Source of the DNA: an uncultured Prevotella sp.
Lineage (GTDB): Bacteria; Bacteroidota; Bacteroidia; Bacteroidales; Bacteroidaceae
Direction of reading: 5' to 3'
DNA: 64,000 bases
Assembly (NCBI GenBank): GCA_905233245.1
Contig: CAJODK010000002.1
Span: forward strand, 50 to 64,049
The notes under the pieces are model-generated. The model had not been told where the DNA came from. It saw only the letters and a list, made by a program, of their open reading frames with translations, and ran no database searches. Numbering within the stretch: the stretch's first letter is position 1; each line of letters begins with the position of its first letter. The translations under genes and the position numbers were made by a program. This document shows positions 31,407 to 41,865 of the stretch, piece by piece.

Positions 31407-33215
31407 TCAATCTCCTATTTTCAATATTTTATTGAACTCTCTCAGAGTCTCCAACTGATTCACCTTCACGTGGATAAAATGCTCTATGCCCTGAGCCTTA
31501 AGGTCTTCAGCACAAGCTGGAGCACCAGCAACAACGAACATTGTACGGCCATCCAAGTACTTGAAGGCAGCAGGAGCATATTCCGCATATTCATCATCAG
31601 AAGAACAGATGACCACAATGTCGGCACCTGCCTTGAGAGCCTCATCTATACCATCCTCCACTGTTGGGAAACCTAGGTTGTCTATAACCTTGTAACCTGC
31701 GCAGGCAAGGAAATTAGTAGAGAATTGTGCACGAGCCTGACGCCAAACGAGGTTGCCTATGGTAAGCATAAAGGCAACTGGTTGCTTATCTGCCTTTTCT
31801 GTTTCAAGGCGCAACTGCTCAAACTCTGACGCCAAACGAGTGGTGTTGAGAGGGTGCTTGCCATCAGACTTCTCATTGAAATTAGGGAACTGATTAGTGC
31901 CGAGGATGAACTCCCTGCGCTGAGCAGCTAAGGTATGACGTTTTTCATTGGTAGCATCTATATCTGCCTGCACCGTGCCTGCCTTGATGGCAGCAAGGAA
32001 ACCTCCCTCATCCTCCACCTTCAAGAATATCTTCCAGGCCTCCTGAGCAATAGAGGTGGTAAGTTCCTCTATATAATAAGAACCTGCACCTGGGTCAACT
32101 ACAGTATTGAAGTGACACTCTTCCTTGAGCAGCAATTGCTGATTACGAGCTATACGCTCAGAGAAGTCATCCGGAGTCTCATACGCTGCATCAAAAGGAG
32201 TAACAACAATAGAATGTACACCACCAAGAGCTGCGGACATTGTCTCTGTCTGGGAACGAAGCAAATTAACGTGAGCATCGAAAATTGTCATGTTATACTC
32301 TGTAGTAGTGGCATTGATGCACATCTGGCATGCCTCATTTTGTGCCCCATACTGCTTTACGATCTGTGCCCAAAGCAGACGAGCGGCACGGAATTTGGCT
32401 ATCTCCATAAAATAATTCTCAGAAATACCCATATTAAACTTCATCTTGCTGGCAACCAACTCTGGGGCAATGCCCATGCTGGTAAGCTGTTGCATGTATT
32501 CGTTACCCCAAGCCAAGGCATAACCCAGTTCTTGAGTAATATAGGCACCCTTATTCATTAGGGAAGCAGAGTTGACAGTAACAAAACGGAAGTTAGGATA
32601 ATCCTTCAGTATATTGGTGATGACAGGAGCGAAGTTCTGCATAATCATCTCCGCATGCTCCTTACCATTCATCACTTTCTCTAGAGGATCCCAGTCAAGA
32701 GAACCTACCACTTTCTCCTTGTTGTAACCTTTCTTTTCGAAATAATCAACTAGAATCTGTGCCAGTTCCACACTCTTGCGCTTACAAGTAGAGAAATTCA
32801 CCTCTACGATGTCGCAGTATATGCCATCGAGAAGTTGCTCGATGTACTCAGGACTGACTTTCTCCTTTGGTACGTTAAAAGACAACGAGTCAATTCCCTT
32901 GTTAAGAATATCAAGAGCCTTCTTGTTGGCCTCCACAGCATCTTCCGCGTCTATTTCCTGACGGATATACCATGTATTGTCGTCCTTCTTGTTACCACGA
33001 ACGAAAGGGAATTCTCCAGGAAGGGCATTAGGCGTTGCAAGTTGCTCAACATTCTCCTTGCGGTAGAAAGGCTGCACGGCAAAACCTTCTGGTGTGCGCC
33101 ACACGAGGCGCTTTTGGAAGTCTGCACCCTTCAGATCTACTTCTATCTTATCGAGCCACTCCTGAGTAGTAGGAATCTGAAACTCGCCAAATAGTTTTTC
33201 TTTTGTTTCTGACAT
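31407..33215 (-). CDS. mutA: Methylmalonyl-CoA mutase small subunit
   Basis: [28 protein letters not shown]. Confidence 0.93.
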   Translation of the reverse strand: MSETKEKLFGEFQIPTTQEWLDKIEVDLKGADFQKRLVWRTPEGFAVQPFYRKENVEQLATPNALPGEFPFVRGNKKDDNTWYIRQEIDAEDAVEANKKALDILNKGIDSLSFNVPKEKVSPEYIEQLLDGIYCDIVEVNFSTCKRKSVELAQILVDYFEKKGYNKEKVVGSLDWDPLEKVMNGKEHAEMIMQNFAPVITNILKDYPNFRFVTVNSASLMNKGAYITQELGYALAWGNEYMQQLTSMGIAPELVASKMKFNMGISENYFMEIAKFRAARLLWAQIVKQYGAQNEACQMCINATTTEYNMTIFDAHVNLLRSQTETMSAALGGVHSIVVTPFDAAYETPDDFSERIARNQQLLLKEECHFNTVVDPGAGSYYIEELTTSIAQEAWKIFLKVEDEGGFLAAIKAGTVQADIDATNEKRHTLAAQRREFILGTNQFPNFNEKSDGKHPLNTTRLASEFEQLRLETEKADKQPVAFMLTIGNLVWRQARAQFSTNFLACAGYKVIDNLGFPTVEDGIDEALKAGADIVVICSSDDEYAEYAPAAFKYLDGRTMFVVAGAPACAEDLKAQGIEHFIHVKVNQLETLREFNKILKIGD

Positions 33216-33247
33216 ATTGTTTGGGTATTAATTTCTTTTATGGTGGA

Positions 33248-33295
33248 CAAAGATAATAATAAAAAATGAAAGTTGAAAGTTGAAAGTTGAAAGTT
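33248..33295 (-). promoter_or_regulatory. (ACTTTCA)4 tract plus -7 box TATCTTTG (33255-33248), mutase promoter
   Basis: Read on the - strand. Confidence 0.8.
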
Positions 33296-33360
33296 TTTGA
33301 GAAAAGATAGTTTTTTTGAAATATTTCCTTATTTATATATGTTATTTTCATTTTTTTTTG

Positions 33361-33368
33361 TAACTTTG
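33361..33368 (+). promoter_or_regulatory. -7 element TAACTTTG for the transporter-decarboxylase operon
   Basis: Consensus match, divergent from the mutase promoter. Confidence 0.7.
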
Positions 33369-33392
33369 CGCTTCGTATATTAAAAAAAATAA

Positions 33393-35081
33393 ATGGACTG
33401 GTTAATTAATCTCTTTACAAACACAGAGAGTATGGCACATATTGCTATGCTTTATGCTGTGGTGATTGCTGTCGGTGTTTACCTCGGCAAGATTAAGATT
33501 GGTGGTATCTCTCTTGGGGTCACCTTCGTTCTCTTTGCCGGTATTTTGGCTGGACACCTCGGATTCACTGCTCCCACACCTACCATTTCATTCGTACAAG
33601 ACTTCGGACTTATACTTTTTGTCTTCATGATAGGCTTGCAAGTAGGTCCTGGCTTCTTTTCATCGTTTAAGGAGGGGGGGCTAACCCTTAATCTTCTGGC
33701 GACCTCACTCATAATACTTAACATTGCTGTGATGTTTGGATGTTACTTCGCCTTCTTTGACACCAGCAATCCACAGAATCTACCTATGATGGTAGGCACG
33801 CTATATGGTGCTGTAACTAACACCCCAGGTCTAGGTGCTGCGCAAGAGGCCCTGCTTTCTATCATGGGCGACAATACTCCCGCTATCGCCAATGGCTATG
33901 CCTGCGCATATCCTCTTGGTGTGGTCGGCATTATTGGTGCAACAATCTTGGTAAGGTATATCTGTCGCATAAAAATGGCAGAAGAGGAGAAAGAACTGGA
34001 GAGCCATGAGAGCGACCTCAAACAAATACCACATTTGATGCATCTTTTGGTACAAAATCAGTTCCTTGCCGGTCACACCATACTAGAACTGCACGACTTT
34101 ATGCGTCGAGACTTTGTTTGCTCACGAATACTACGAAACGGCGAACTTATCTTCCCTAAAAGTTCCACAACTCTCGAACTAGGCGACAAACTTTTTGTCG
34201 TATGTTCTGAGGCTGATAAGGATGCTGTACAAGCATTCATAGGAATAGAGACCATCGTGCCTGAATTTGCTGAACAAGAGAAAAACAAACAACTGGTAAG
34301 TCGCCGTATCGTAATCACCAAACCTGAGATTAACGGAAAGACACCCGCTAAACTACATTTTGCCAGCATTTATGGTGTCAACCTCACTCGTGTGACCCGT
34401 CAAGGTATGGAGATCTTCGCTCGTCAGGACTTACCATTACAGGTAGGTGACCGCGTTATGGTAGTCGGCGACGAGGTTTCGGTTAATCGTGTATCTTCTG
34501 TTCTGGGTAATGCTGTTAAGCGTCTTGACAATCCTAATATAGCAACAATATTTATCGGAATTATCCTTGGCATCATCCTAGGAAGCATACCATTTGCATT
34601 CGACTGGATACCAGTACCGCTGAAACTCGGTCTCGCCGGCGGTCCACTGATTGTCGCCATCCTCATAGGGCGCTATGGCTATAAAGTACATCTTGTGACA
34701 TACACCACCACCTCTGCCAATTTTATGCTACGTGAAATAGGTTTGGTATTATTCCTTGCCAGCGTAGGCATAAAGGCTGGTGCCAACTTCGTAGATACCG
34801 TCATTAATGGAGACGGACTGCTCTATGTCGGTACTGGCTTCCTTATTACTACACTGCCTATACTCATAGTAGGTACAATAGCCCGCAAAAAATACAACTT
34901 CAATTACTTCAGCATAATGGGTATGCTTGCAGGTGCTACTACTGACCCACCAGCACTGGCTTTTGCCAATGCCAGTTGTAGCAAGGATGCCCCATCTATC
35001 GGCTACTCTACGGTATATCCGTTGAGCATGTTCCTACGTATCTTCACTGCACAGATGATAGTGCTATTCTTCTGTTCTTAG
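33393..35081 (+). CDS. AspT/YidE/YbjL-family antiporter with TrkA-C domains
   Basis: [43 protein letters not shown]. Confidence 0.9.
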   Translation: MDWLINLFTNTESMAHIAMLYAVVIAVGVYLGKIKIGGISLGVTFVLFAGILAGHLGFTAPTPTISFVQDFGLILFVFMIGLQVGPGFFSSFKEGGLTLNLLATSLIILNIAVMFGCYFAFFDTSNPQNLPMMVGTLYGAVTNTPGLGAAQEALLSIMGDNTPAIANGYACAYPLGVVGIIGATILVRYICRIKMAEEEKELESHESDLKQIPHLMHLLVQNQFLAGHTILELHDFMRRDFVCSRILRNGELIFPKSSTTLELGDKLFVVCSEADKDAVQAFIGIETIVPEFAEQEKNKQLVSRRIVITKPEINGKTPAKLHFASIYGVNLTRVTRQGMEIFARQDLPLQVGDRVMVVGDEVSVNRVSSVLGNAVKRLDNPNIATIFIGIILGIILGSIPFAFDWIPVPLKLGLAGGPLIVAILIGRYGYKVHLVTYTTTSANFMLREIGLVLFLASVGIKAGANFVDTVINGDGLLYVGTGFLITTLPILIVGTIARKKYNFNYFSIMGMLAGATTDPPALAFANASCSKDAPSIGYSTVYPLSMFLRIFTAQMIVLFFCS

Positions 35082-35085
35082 AAAT

Positions 35086-35583
35086 ATGAAAACAAAACGT
35101 TACTTAACACTACTTGCATTTTTTGCTCTACCGAGCATTGTTGCTTGGGGGCAGATGAAAGAATTATCTGATAACCTACAGCAGGTGGATCCTCATGGTT
35201 TTGGCCTCACAGCTATGTGTATGGGGGTAGTATTCCTATGCCTCGCACTGCTCTATGTATTCTTTCTCATCTTTGGATGGTTTGCAGATCGCAGTCGTCG
35301 CATCGCTGTGACACAGCCCATCAAACCTATGGTACGCACTGCAAAGAAGATAGAAAAGGTACGTCAAATTACAACTAATATCCTGCAAGAGGGCATCGAA
35401 CTCAAGGGACGTGACAAGGAAGTTTATGTAGCTGTCATCTCCTTGGCGCTCAATCAGTACTTTGACGATGTACATGACGTAGAATCTGGTGTACTGACCA
35501 TCAAACCAGCGCGTACTTCGTGGAATGAGCACAATACTTTCAACAACCAACTCACACTCCACAATTTTATCAACAATGTATAA
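35086..35583 (+). CDS. OadG/MmdD-family decarboxylase subunit
   Basis: TM segment MGVVFLCLALLY; AVISLAL..VHDVESG.LTI; operon context. Confidence 0.8.
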   Translation: MKTKRYLTLLAFFALPSIVAWGQMKELSDNLQQVDPHGFGLTAMCMGVVFLCLALLYVFFLIFGWFADRSRRIAVTQPIKPMVRTAKKIEKVRQITTNILQEGIELKGRDKEVYVAVISLALNQYFDDVHDVESGVLTIKPARTSWNEHNTFNNQLTLHNFINNV

Positions 35584-35611
35584 TCCAATCATTTCAAAAT
35601 AAACAAACAAA

Positions 35612-36061
35612 GTGAAAAAGTACGAATATACTATACAAGGTGTAGATTACGAGGTAGAGATCGTAGAAGTAGAAGGCTCTCATGCCAAGGTCAATGTCAA
35701 CGGCGTGAATTTCGACGTAGAGATGAAGACTCCTATTTCTATAGGTAAGCAGGTGGTAAAACCTTCTGCCAAAAAGCCTACCCCCGTGCCAGTCAAGGGC
35801 GAAGCTCCTAAGAAAGACAGTAAAACCGAACCGGTACAAGCTGGAGAAGGCGCAAAGGTCATCTCTCCTTTACCAGGCATGATTACCAGCGTCAATGTTA
35901 AGGTGGGCGATGCAGTAGCAGTTGGCGATACTGTCGTAGTGCTCGAAGCTATGAAGATGCAGAATAATATAGAGACCGAGACAGCAGGCACCGTCACTAG
36001 TGTGATGGTAGGCGTCGGTGAATCTGTCATGGAGGGTACCGTATTGGTGACCGTAGCATAA
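35612..36061 (+). CDS. Biotin carboxyl carrier subunit (MmdC-like)
   Basis: SPLPG and EAMKM biotinylation motif. Confidence 0.93.
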   Translation: MKKYEYTIQGVDYEVEIVEVEGSHAKVNVNGVNFDVEMKTPISIGKQVVKPSAKKPTPVPVKGEAPKKDSKTEPVQAGEGAKVISPLPGMITSVNVKVGDAVAVGDTVVVLEAMKMQNNIETETAGTVTSVMVGVGESVMEGTVLVTVA

Positions 36062-36075
36062 AACCATAAAGAACA

Positions 36076-37236
36076 ATGAGCGTTAGTGAATTCATAACAC
36101 AGAACTTCAGCGAGTTCGTAAATTACACCAGCTTTGCTAATGCAGAGGCAGGCAATATCGTTATGATTGGTGTTGGTGCACTCTTCATCTGGCTAGCTAT
36201 AAAGAAAAATTTTGAACCTCTGTTGCTCGTTCCTATCGGATTGGGCATCATCTTGGGCAATATACCATTCAAGATGGATGCAGGGTTGGAGATTGGTCTC
36301 TATGAAGAAAATTCTGTGCTCAATATTTTCTATCAGGGTGTACGACAGGGATGGTATCCACCATTAGTATTCCTTGGCATTGGTGCCATGACAGACTTCT
36401 CCGCACTAATTGCCAATCCCAAACTTATACTCATCGGTGCAGCTGCACAGTTTGGTATTTTCGGAGCATATATGATAGCTCTCGCTCTGGGCTTTGATCC
36501 TGCTCAGGCTGCCAGCATCGCTATCATCGGCGGTGCTGATGGCCCTACGGCAATCTTCCTATCCAGCAAGGTATATCCAAACTTCCTCGGTGCAGTCGCT
36601 GTCTGCGCCTACTCCTACATGGCTCTTGTGCCAGTTATTCAGCCCGTTATCATGCGTCTGCTCACCACAAAAAAGGAACGTCTTATTCGCATGAAACCTG
36701 GTCGCAAGGTCTCCAAAACAGAGAAGATACTCTTCCCCATCATTGGCCTTCTCATGACCACTTTTATAGTACCATCCGGACTTCCACTGCTTGGCATGCT
36801 TTTCTTTGGCAATCTTCTCAAGGAGAGTGGCAAGACAGATCGTCTGGCTAAGACGGCATCTACATCACTTAACGATATTGTTGTGATACTCCTCGGTCTC
36901 ACTGTTGGTTGTTCTACACAGGCTAGCGAGTTTCTCACCTTTGACACCATCAAGATATTCCTCATCGGTGCCTTTGCCTTCATAATAGCAACTGCGAGTG
37001 GTGTCATTTTCGTTAAAATTATGAATCTCTTCTTGTCGAAAGACAACAAGATAAACCCACTCATAGGTAACGCAGGAGTAAGCGCTGTACCTATGGCTGC
37101 ACGTATATCCAACAATCTCGGCCTGGAGTACGATCGCCATAACTTCCTGCTTATGCACGCCATGGGACCTAATGTGGCAGGCGTCATAGGCAGCGCCGTA
37201 GCAGCAGGTACGCTGCTCAGTTTTTTCACGAACTAA
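36076..37236 (+). CDS. Na+-translocating decarboxylase beta subunit (MmdB/OadB)
   Basis: EPLLL, IIGGADGPT, AYSYMALVP, GVSAVPMAAR, HAMGPNVAGVIGS. Confidence 0.95.
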   Translation: MSVSEFITQNFSEFVNYTSFANAEAGNIVMIGVGALFIWLAIKKNFEPLLLVPIGLGIILGNIPFKMDAGLEIGLYEENSVLNIFYQGVRQGWYPPLVFLGIGAMTDFSALIANPKLILIGAAAQFGIFGAYMIALALGFDPAQAASIAIIGGADGPTAIFLSSKVYPNFLGAVAVCAYSYMALVPVIQPVIMRLLTTKKERLIRMKPGRKVSKTEKILFPIIGLLMTTFIVPSGLPLLGMLFFGNLLKESGKTDRLAKTASTSLNDIVVILLGLTVGCSTQASEFLTFDTIKIFLIGAFAFIIATASGVIFVKIMNLFLSKDNKINPLIGNAGVSAVPMAARISNNLGLEYDRHNFLLMHAMGPNVAGVIGSAVAAGTLLSFFTN

Positions 37237-37257
37237 ACGACAAAACAACTAAACAAT

Positions 37258-37668
37258 ATGAAAATTTCACGTATTGATCACCTTGGAATAGGTGTGGAGA
37301 GCATCGATGCCGTGCTCCCTTATTTTGAAAATGTACTCGGACTTAAGTGTTACGCTGTAGAAGAGGTAGCTGACCAGAAGGTGAAGACAGCTTTCCTGAA
37401 AGTTGGTGAAGTAAAGTTGGAACTCCTCGAGCCCACATCTCCTGACTCCGCTGTTGCTAAGTGGTTAGAGAAAGGTGGAAAAGGTGTTCACCACGTCGCT
37501 TTCGCTGTTGAAGATGGTGTAGCAGAGGCTCTCATAGAGTGTGAGAACAAAGATATCCGCCTCATTGACAAAACACCACGGCCAGGTGCGGAGAACATGA
37601 TTATTGGTTTTCTGCATCCTAAGTGTACCGCAGGCATCCTTACAGAACTCTGCGAGCCAAAGAAGTAA
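37258..37668 (+). CDS. mce: Methylmalonyl-CoA epimerase
   Basis: IDHLGI, ELLEP, GVHHVAF, FLHPK, ELCE. Confidence 0.95.
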   Translation: MKISRIDHLGIGVESIDAVLPYFENVLGLKCYAVEEVADQKVKTAFLKVGEVKLELLEPTSPDSAVAKWLEKGGKGVHHVAFAVEDGVAEALIECENKDIRLIDKTPRPGAENMIIGFLHPKCTAGILTELCEPKK

Positions 37669-37707
37669 TAACTAGTAACTTATAACTTTTTTACAACTGT
37701 AAAAATT

Positions 37708-39273
37708 ATGTCAGTACAAGCTGAAAAAATAAAGAAACTGATAGAAAACCGCGAGCAAGCTCGTCTCGGCGGTGGTGAAAAAGCTATCGACAAGCAACAT
37801 CAGCGAGGTAAATACACGGCACGTGAACGTATCAACATGTTACTCGATGAGGGTTCATTCGAAGAATATGATATGTTCAAGCTTCACCGTTGCACAAACT
37901 TCGGCATGGAAAAGAAACAGTATCTCGGTGATGGTGTGGTAGTCGGTTCTGGAACCATCGATGGTCGACTTGTATTCGTCTTCGCACAAGACTTCACCGT
38001 CAATGGTGGTTCATTATCCAAAACCATGTCAGAAAAGATCTGCAAGGTTATGGACATGGCAATGACAATGGGGGCTCCAGTCATAGGCATCAATGACTCT
38101 GGTGGTGCACGTATTCAGGAAGGTATCGATGCCCTTGCTGGCTACGGTGAAATCTTCGAGCGCAACATCCTCGCTTCTGGCGTTGTACCACAGATTTCCA
38201 TGATTTATGGTCCTTGTGCTGGTGGTGCCGTTTACTCCCCTGCTCTTACCGACTTTACCCTTATGATGGAGGGTACATCATATATGTTCCTCACGGGTCC
38301 TGCAGTAGTCAAAACCGTCACTGGCGAGGATGTTGATGCAGAGCACCTCGGTGGCGCTTCTATACACGGTTCTAAGTCTGGTGTGACACACTTCACCGCC
38401 AAAACCGAGGAGGAAGGCATACAAATGATTAAGACACTTATGTCTTACATACCATCCAACAATATGCAGGAAACGCCTCGTCGTGAGTGCACCGATCCTA
38501 TTGACCGCCTCGATGACTCCCTCAACGAAATTATCCCAGAGGATCCTAACCAAGCTTACGATATGTATCAGGTCATCTCTGCTATCGTTGATGATGGTGA
38601 GTTCCTTGAGGTTCAACCTAGGTTTGCTAAGAATATAATCATCGGTTTCGCACGCTTCAACGGCCAGTCTGTTGGTATCGTGGCCAATCAACCATCTGCC
38701 TATGCTGGCGTACTAGATGTTAATGCATCCCGTAAGGGTGCTCGCTTTGTACGCTTCTGCGACGCCTTCAACATTCCTATTGTCAGCCTTGTTGATGTAC
38801 CTGGGTTCCTACCTGGCACTGGTCAGGAATACAATGCTGTAATCTTGCATGGTGCTAAACTCCTATATGCTTATGGTGAGGCTACTGTGCCCAAGGTGAC
38901 TATCACCCTTCGTAAGTCTTATGGTGGCTCACACATCGTGATGGGTTGCAAACAACTCCGCGCAGATATCAACTATGCATGGCCCTCTGCTGAAATTGCC
39001 GTTATGGGCGCAGCTGGTGCCGTTGCAGTACTGCAGGCAAAAGGTGCTAAGCAAGTCAAAGAAGAAGGTGGTGATGTACAGGCATTTCTCGCTGAGAAGG
39101 AAGCTGAGTATTCCGAGCTCTTTGCCAATCCTTATCAGGCTGCAAAATATGGTTACATCGATGATGTAATTGAGCCTCGCAATACACGATTCCGCATCTG
39201 TCGCGCTTTGGCTCAACTAGCTACCAAGCGACAGGCTCTGCCAGCCAAGAAACACGGCTGTATCCCTATGTAA
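37708..39273 (+). CDS. mmdA: Acyl-CoA carboxyltransferase (methylmalonyl-CoA decarboxylase alpha / PccB-like)
   Basis: DSGGARIQEG, GPCAGGAVYSP, DVPGFLPG, KKHGCIPM. Confidence 0.9.
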   Translation: MSVQAEKIKKLIENREQARLGGGEKAIDKQHQRGKYTARERINMLLDEGSFEEYDMFKLHRCTNFGMEKKQYLGDGVVVGSGTIDGRLVFVFAQDFTVNGGSLSKTMSEKICKVMDMAMTMGAPVIGINDSGGARIQEGIDALAGYGEIFERNILASGVVPQISMIYGPCAGGAVYSPALTDFTLMMEGTSYMFLTGPAVVKTVTGEDVDAEHLGGASIHGSKSGVTHFTAKTEEEGIQMIKTLMSYIPSNNMQETPRRECTDPIDRLDDSLNEIIPEDPNQAYDMYQVISAIVDDGEFLEVQPRFAKNIIIGFARFNGQSVGIVANQPSAYAGVLDVNASRKGARFVRFCDAFNIPIVSLVDVPGFLPGTGQEYNAVILHGAKLLYAYGEATVPKVTITLRKSYGGSHIVMGCKQLRADINYAWPSAEIAVMGAAGAVAVLQAKGAKQVKEEGGDVQAFLAEKEAEYSELFANPYQAAKYGYIDDVIEPRNTRFRICRALAQLATKRQALPAKKHGCIPM

Positions 39274-39292
39274 CACCTAAACAAAAGTTAAC

Positions 39293-39339
39293 AATCCGTA
39301 AACTATAGGTCTGAACACCCGTAGTTTACGGATTTTTTT
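39293..39339 (+). terminator. Intrinsic terminator
   Basis: AATCCGTAAACTA...TAGTTTACGGATT followed by a T run; -7 box TAACTTTG follows at 39341-39348. Confidence 0.8.
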
Positions 39340-39370
39340 GTAACTTTGCACAGATAAATTGTGCAAAACA

Positions 39371-40165
39371 ATGAAGAAGATACTTTTTGTCAATCAGGAC
39401 ACCATTCCTTACGTAGATGAAACAGAGCAGGCAAGGCTCGGCATGCAGATTCCTAACAAGTTGCAGGACAACGATTGTGAGATACGTACTTTCATGCCAC
39501 TTTGGGGTAACATCAACGAACGTCGTGGACAACTTCACGAGGTGATACGCCTCTCTGGCCTCAATATTCCCATCTGCGATTATGACCATCAACTCATAAT
39601 CAAGGTAGCGAGCATACCTCAGACCAAGTTGCAGGTGTATTTCATTGATAATGATGACTTCTTCGCACGCAAAGCACAGACGGTTGATGCCGAAGGCAAA
39701 CCTTTCTCTGACAATGATGAGCGCGCAGCATTCTTTGCGCGTGGTGTCATTGAGACCATTAAGAAACTTCACTGGATACCTGACTACATAATCTGTAATG
39801 GATGGATGTCTGCCATGTTGCCTATCCTTGTAAGGGAAGCCTACAAGAGTGAACCTGCAATAGCAGAGGCAAAGATTATCACATGCATATACAACGAGAC
39901 ACCAGAGGCCGTCTTCAACAAAGTAAAGAAAGAAGCCCTCTATTTCAATAGTATTAATGCCGACCTGCTCCACGACTACTCCGATATCATGAACGAGACG
40001 GACATAGTCAAGATTGCCATAGACTACTCTGACGGCATCATAGCAGCACTCCCGGACAGTTATGAGCCTGCGCTATCTTACGCCCGCGAACAGGGAAAAC
40101 GCGTTATGGACTACATAGCTGACGACTCAGCAGCATCATACAACGCATTCATCGAGTCTCTCTAG
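39371..40165 (+). CDS. Glycogen/starch synthase N-terminal-domain-like protein (Bacteroidetes)
   Basis: EIRTFMP.WGNINERR.QLHEVIRLSG, DNDERAAFFARGV; ATG at 39371. Confidence 0.85.
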   Translation: MKKILFVNQDTIPYVDETEQARLGMQIPNKLQDNDCEIRTFMPLWGNINERRGQLHEVIRLSGLNIPICDYDHQLIIKVASIPQTKLQVYFIDNDDFFARKAQTVDAEGKPFSDNDERAAFFARGVIETIKKLHWIPDYIICNGWMSAMLPILVREAYKSEPAIAEAKIITCIYNETPEAVFNKVKKEALYFNSINADLLHDYSDIMNETDIVKIAIDYSDGIIAALPDSYEPALSYAREQGKRVMDYIADDSAASYNAFIESL

Positions 40166-40174
40166 CATACGATA

Positions 40175-41752
40175 ATGAAACGATTTCTCTTCTTAATATC
40201 AGCTATCTCACTATTGCTGGCATCATGCGATGACTCTACTGACACACTCGGTGGCTCAATCACTGATATCAGCGACAATATGGAGTTTGATACCAATGAG
40301 ATCTACATCGCCTCAGAGTCTGTCAAGGGCGACCCTGATGCCATCAATGCACGTTCAAGCTACGCATACCTCGGTCAGATGTATGATGATGAAACATTCT
40401 CCAATATCAAAGCCGATTTTATGACACAGGTAGTGCCATTGGTTAATCAGTACCTGCAGTCCTACAATCGCGTCAGTCTCTTCGCACACATTGACTCTAT
40501 CATGGTGTTTGATGACAACGGCACACTGCTACCCATAGGCAAAGATCTTGACGAAGAAACACGAGCAAAGAAGATGCAGTATCTCAAAGCGGACTCCTGT
40601 ATGCTAACTTTCTACGTATCATCCCATCAGGGTGATTCCCTGGCACAGATGTCGCTATGCGTACGCGAACTCAAAGAGCCGTACAGCGAAACTGAGGAAT
40701 ATCCTATCTCATTCGACCCTGAGGCTAAGGGACTACTGCGCACTGATGCTGGTTCGCTCAATGAGACACGCACCTATTCCATTAAAAATATGGTGGCAGA
40801 GGGTCTTAAAAAGACTTCTACTTCCAGTAGCCACTACATCAGCATACCGCTTAACCGCGAGTACAAATCGCGTGACGGCGAGACATACTCCAACTACGGC
40901 ACATATCTCATGAAACAGTACCTCGATGAGAATGCCAACTACCACTACGGTTATAACAACCAGACAACATTTCTTGAACAACTGTCTCCTGGTTTCTTCC
41001 TTAAGCATATTGGAGGTGAAGGTGCTATGAGCAAGATTACTGCCACCACACTTACCACATATTATAGGGCTAAGTTTCCTAATTCTGCAAAACCTGATTC
41101 CATACATCGTCTCACTGCTGTATTCAGCGGCACAGAGGAGAGCATACAGCACTCTACCATCAACGATGACGGCATCGATAATCTTATAGAAAGGAGCAAG
41201 GTCAATGATTTCACGTACGTCAAGAGTCCTAATGCTATCTATACACAGCTCACACTCAACATTCTTGACATCATGGAAGGTCACGAGAGTGACTCCCTCA
41301 GCACTGTCCGCATCTTTGTACCACGACTCAATAAAGAGAGTGACAGCGAATATACATTCTCCGCGCCCTCCACACTCCTCCTTCTCCCCACTGATTCTGT
41401 CAAGAATTTCTTTGAGAAGAAACAGGTGACCAATGGTCGCACATCGTACGTCGCTTCCTTCTCATCCTCTGTCAACGGTTACACTTTTGGCAATATCTCT
41501 TCACTCATCAGTACTCTGTGGAAAGCATATAAAGAGGGGAAGGCAGGTGATGATTGGAACAAGTTTATGTTGATTCCTGTAGAGATTAGCTACTCAACTA
41601 TGGGCTCTGCCAAATTGCTTAATAAGGTCAGCCATTCTATGGCATTAGAAAGTTCACGACTCAGAAAGAGTTACAACTCTGGCGACAAGTCTTCTGACAA
41701 GAACTACGGAGCCATCAGGGCCAGCATTATCTACACTAGATACAAGGAATAA
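40175..41752 (+). CDS. DUF4270-family lipoprotein
   Basis: Lipobox LLASC followed by DDSTDTLG; usual pairing with the upstream gene. Confidence 0.75.
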   Translation: MKRFLFLISAISLLLASCDDSTDTLGGSITDISDNMEFDTNEIYIASESVKGDPDAINARSSYAYLGQMYDDETFSNIKADFMTQVVPLVNQYLQSYNRVSLFAHIDSIMVFDDNGTLLPIGKDLDEETRAKKMQYLKADSCMLTFYVSSHQGDSLAQMSLCVRELKEPYSETEEYPISFDPEAKGLLRTDAGSLNETRTYSIKNMVAEGLKKTSTSSSHYISIPLNREYKSRDGETYSNYGTYLMKQYLDENANYHYGYNNQTTFLEQLSPGFFLKHIGGEGAMSKITATTLTTYYRAKFPNSAKPDSIHRLTAVFSGTEESIQHSTINDDGIDNLIERSKVNDFTYVKSPNAIYTQLTLNILDIMEGHESDSLSTVRIFVPRLNKESDSEYTFSAPSTLLLLPTDSVKNFFEKKQVTNGRTSYVASFSSSVNGYTFGNISSLISTLWKAYKEGKAGDDWNKFMLIPVEISYSTMGSAKLLNKVSHSMALESSRLRKSYNSGDKSSDKNYGAIRASIIYTRYKE

Positions 41753-41865
41753 TGGCAGACAACTATCTCGAAAACCACTATGAGGAATATCTCAAGCGTA
41801 AGGCAGAGTGGGAGAAGAAAAAGAAGTTAAAGAAGTTAAAGAAGTTAAGAAATTCAAGAATATGA
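41752..41865 (+). CDS. 37-aa small protein [37 protein letters not shown] (not in the ORF track)
   Basis: TAATG overlap with the upstream stop and ATGA overlap with the thrS start. Confidence 0.7.
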   Translation: MADNYLENHYEEYLKRKAEWEKKKKLKKLKKLRNSRI

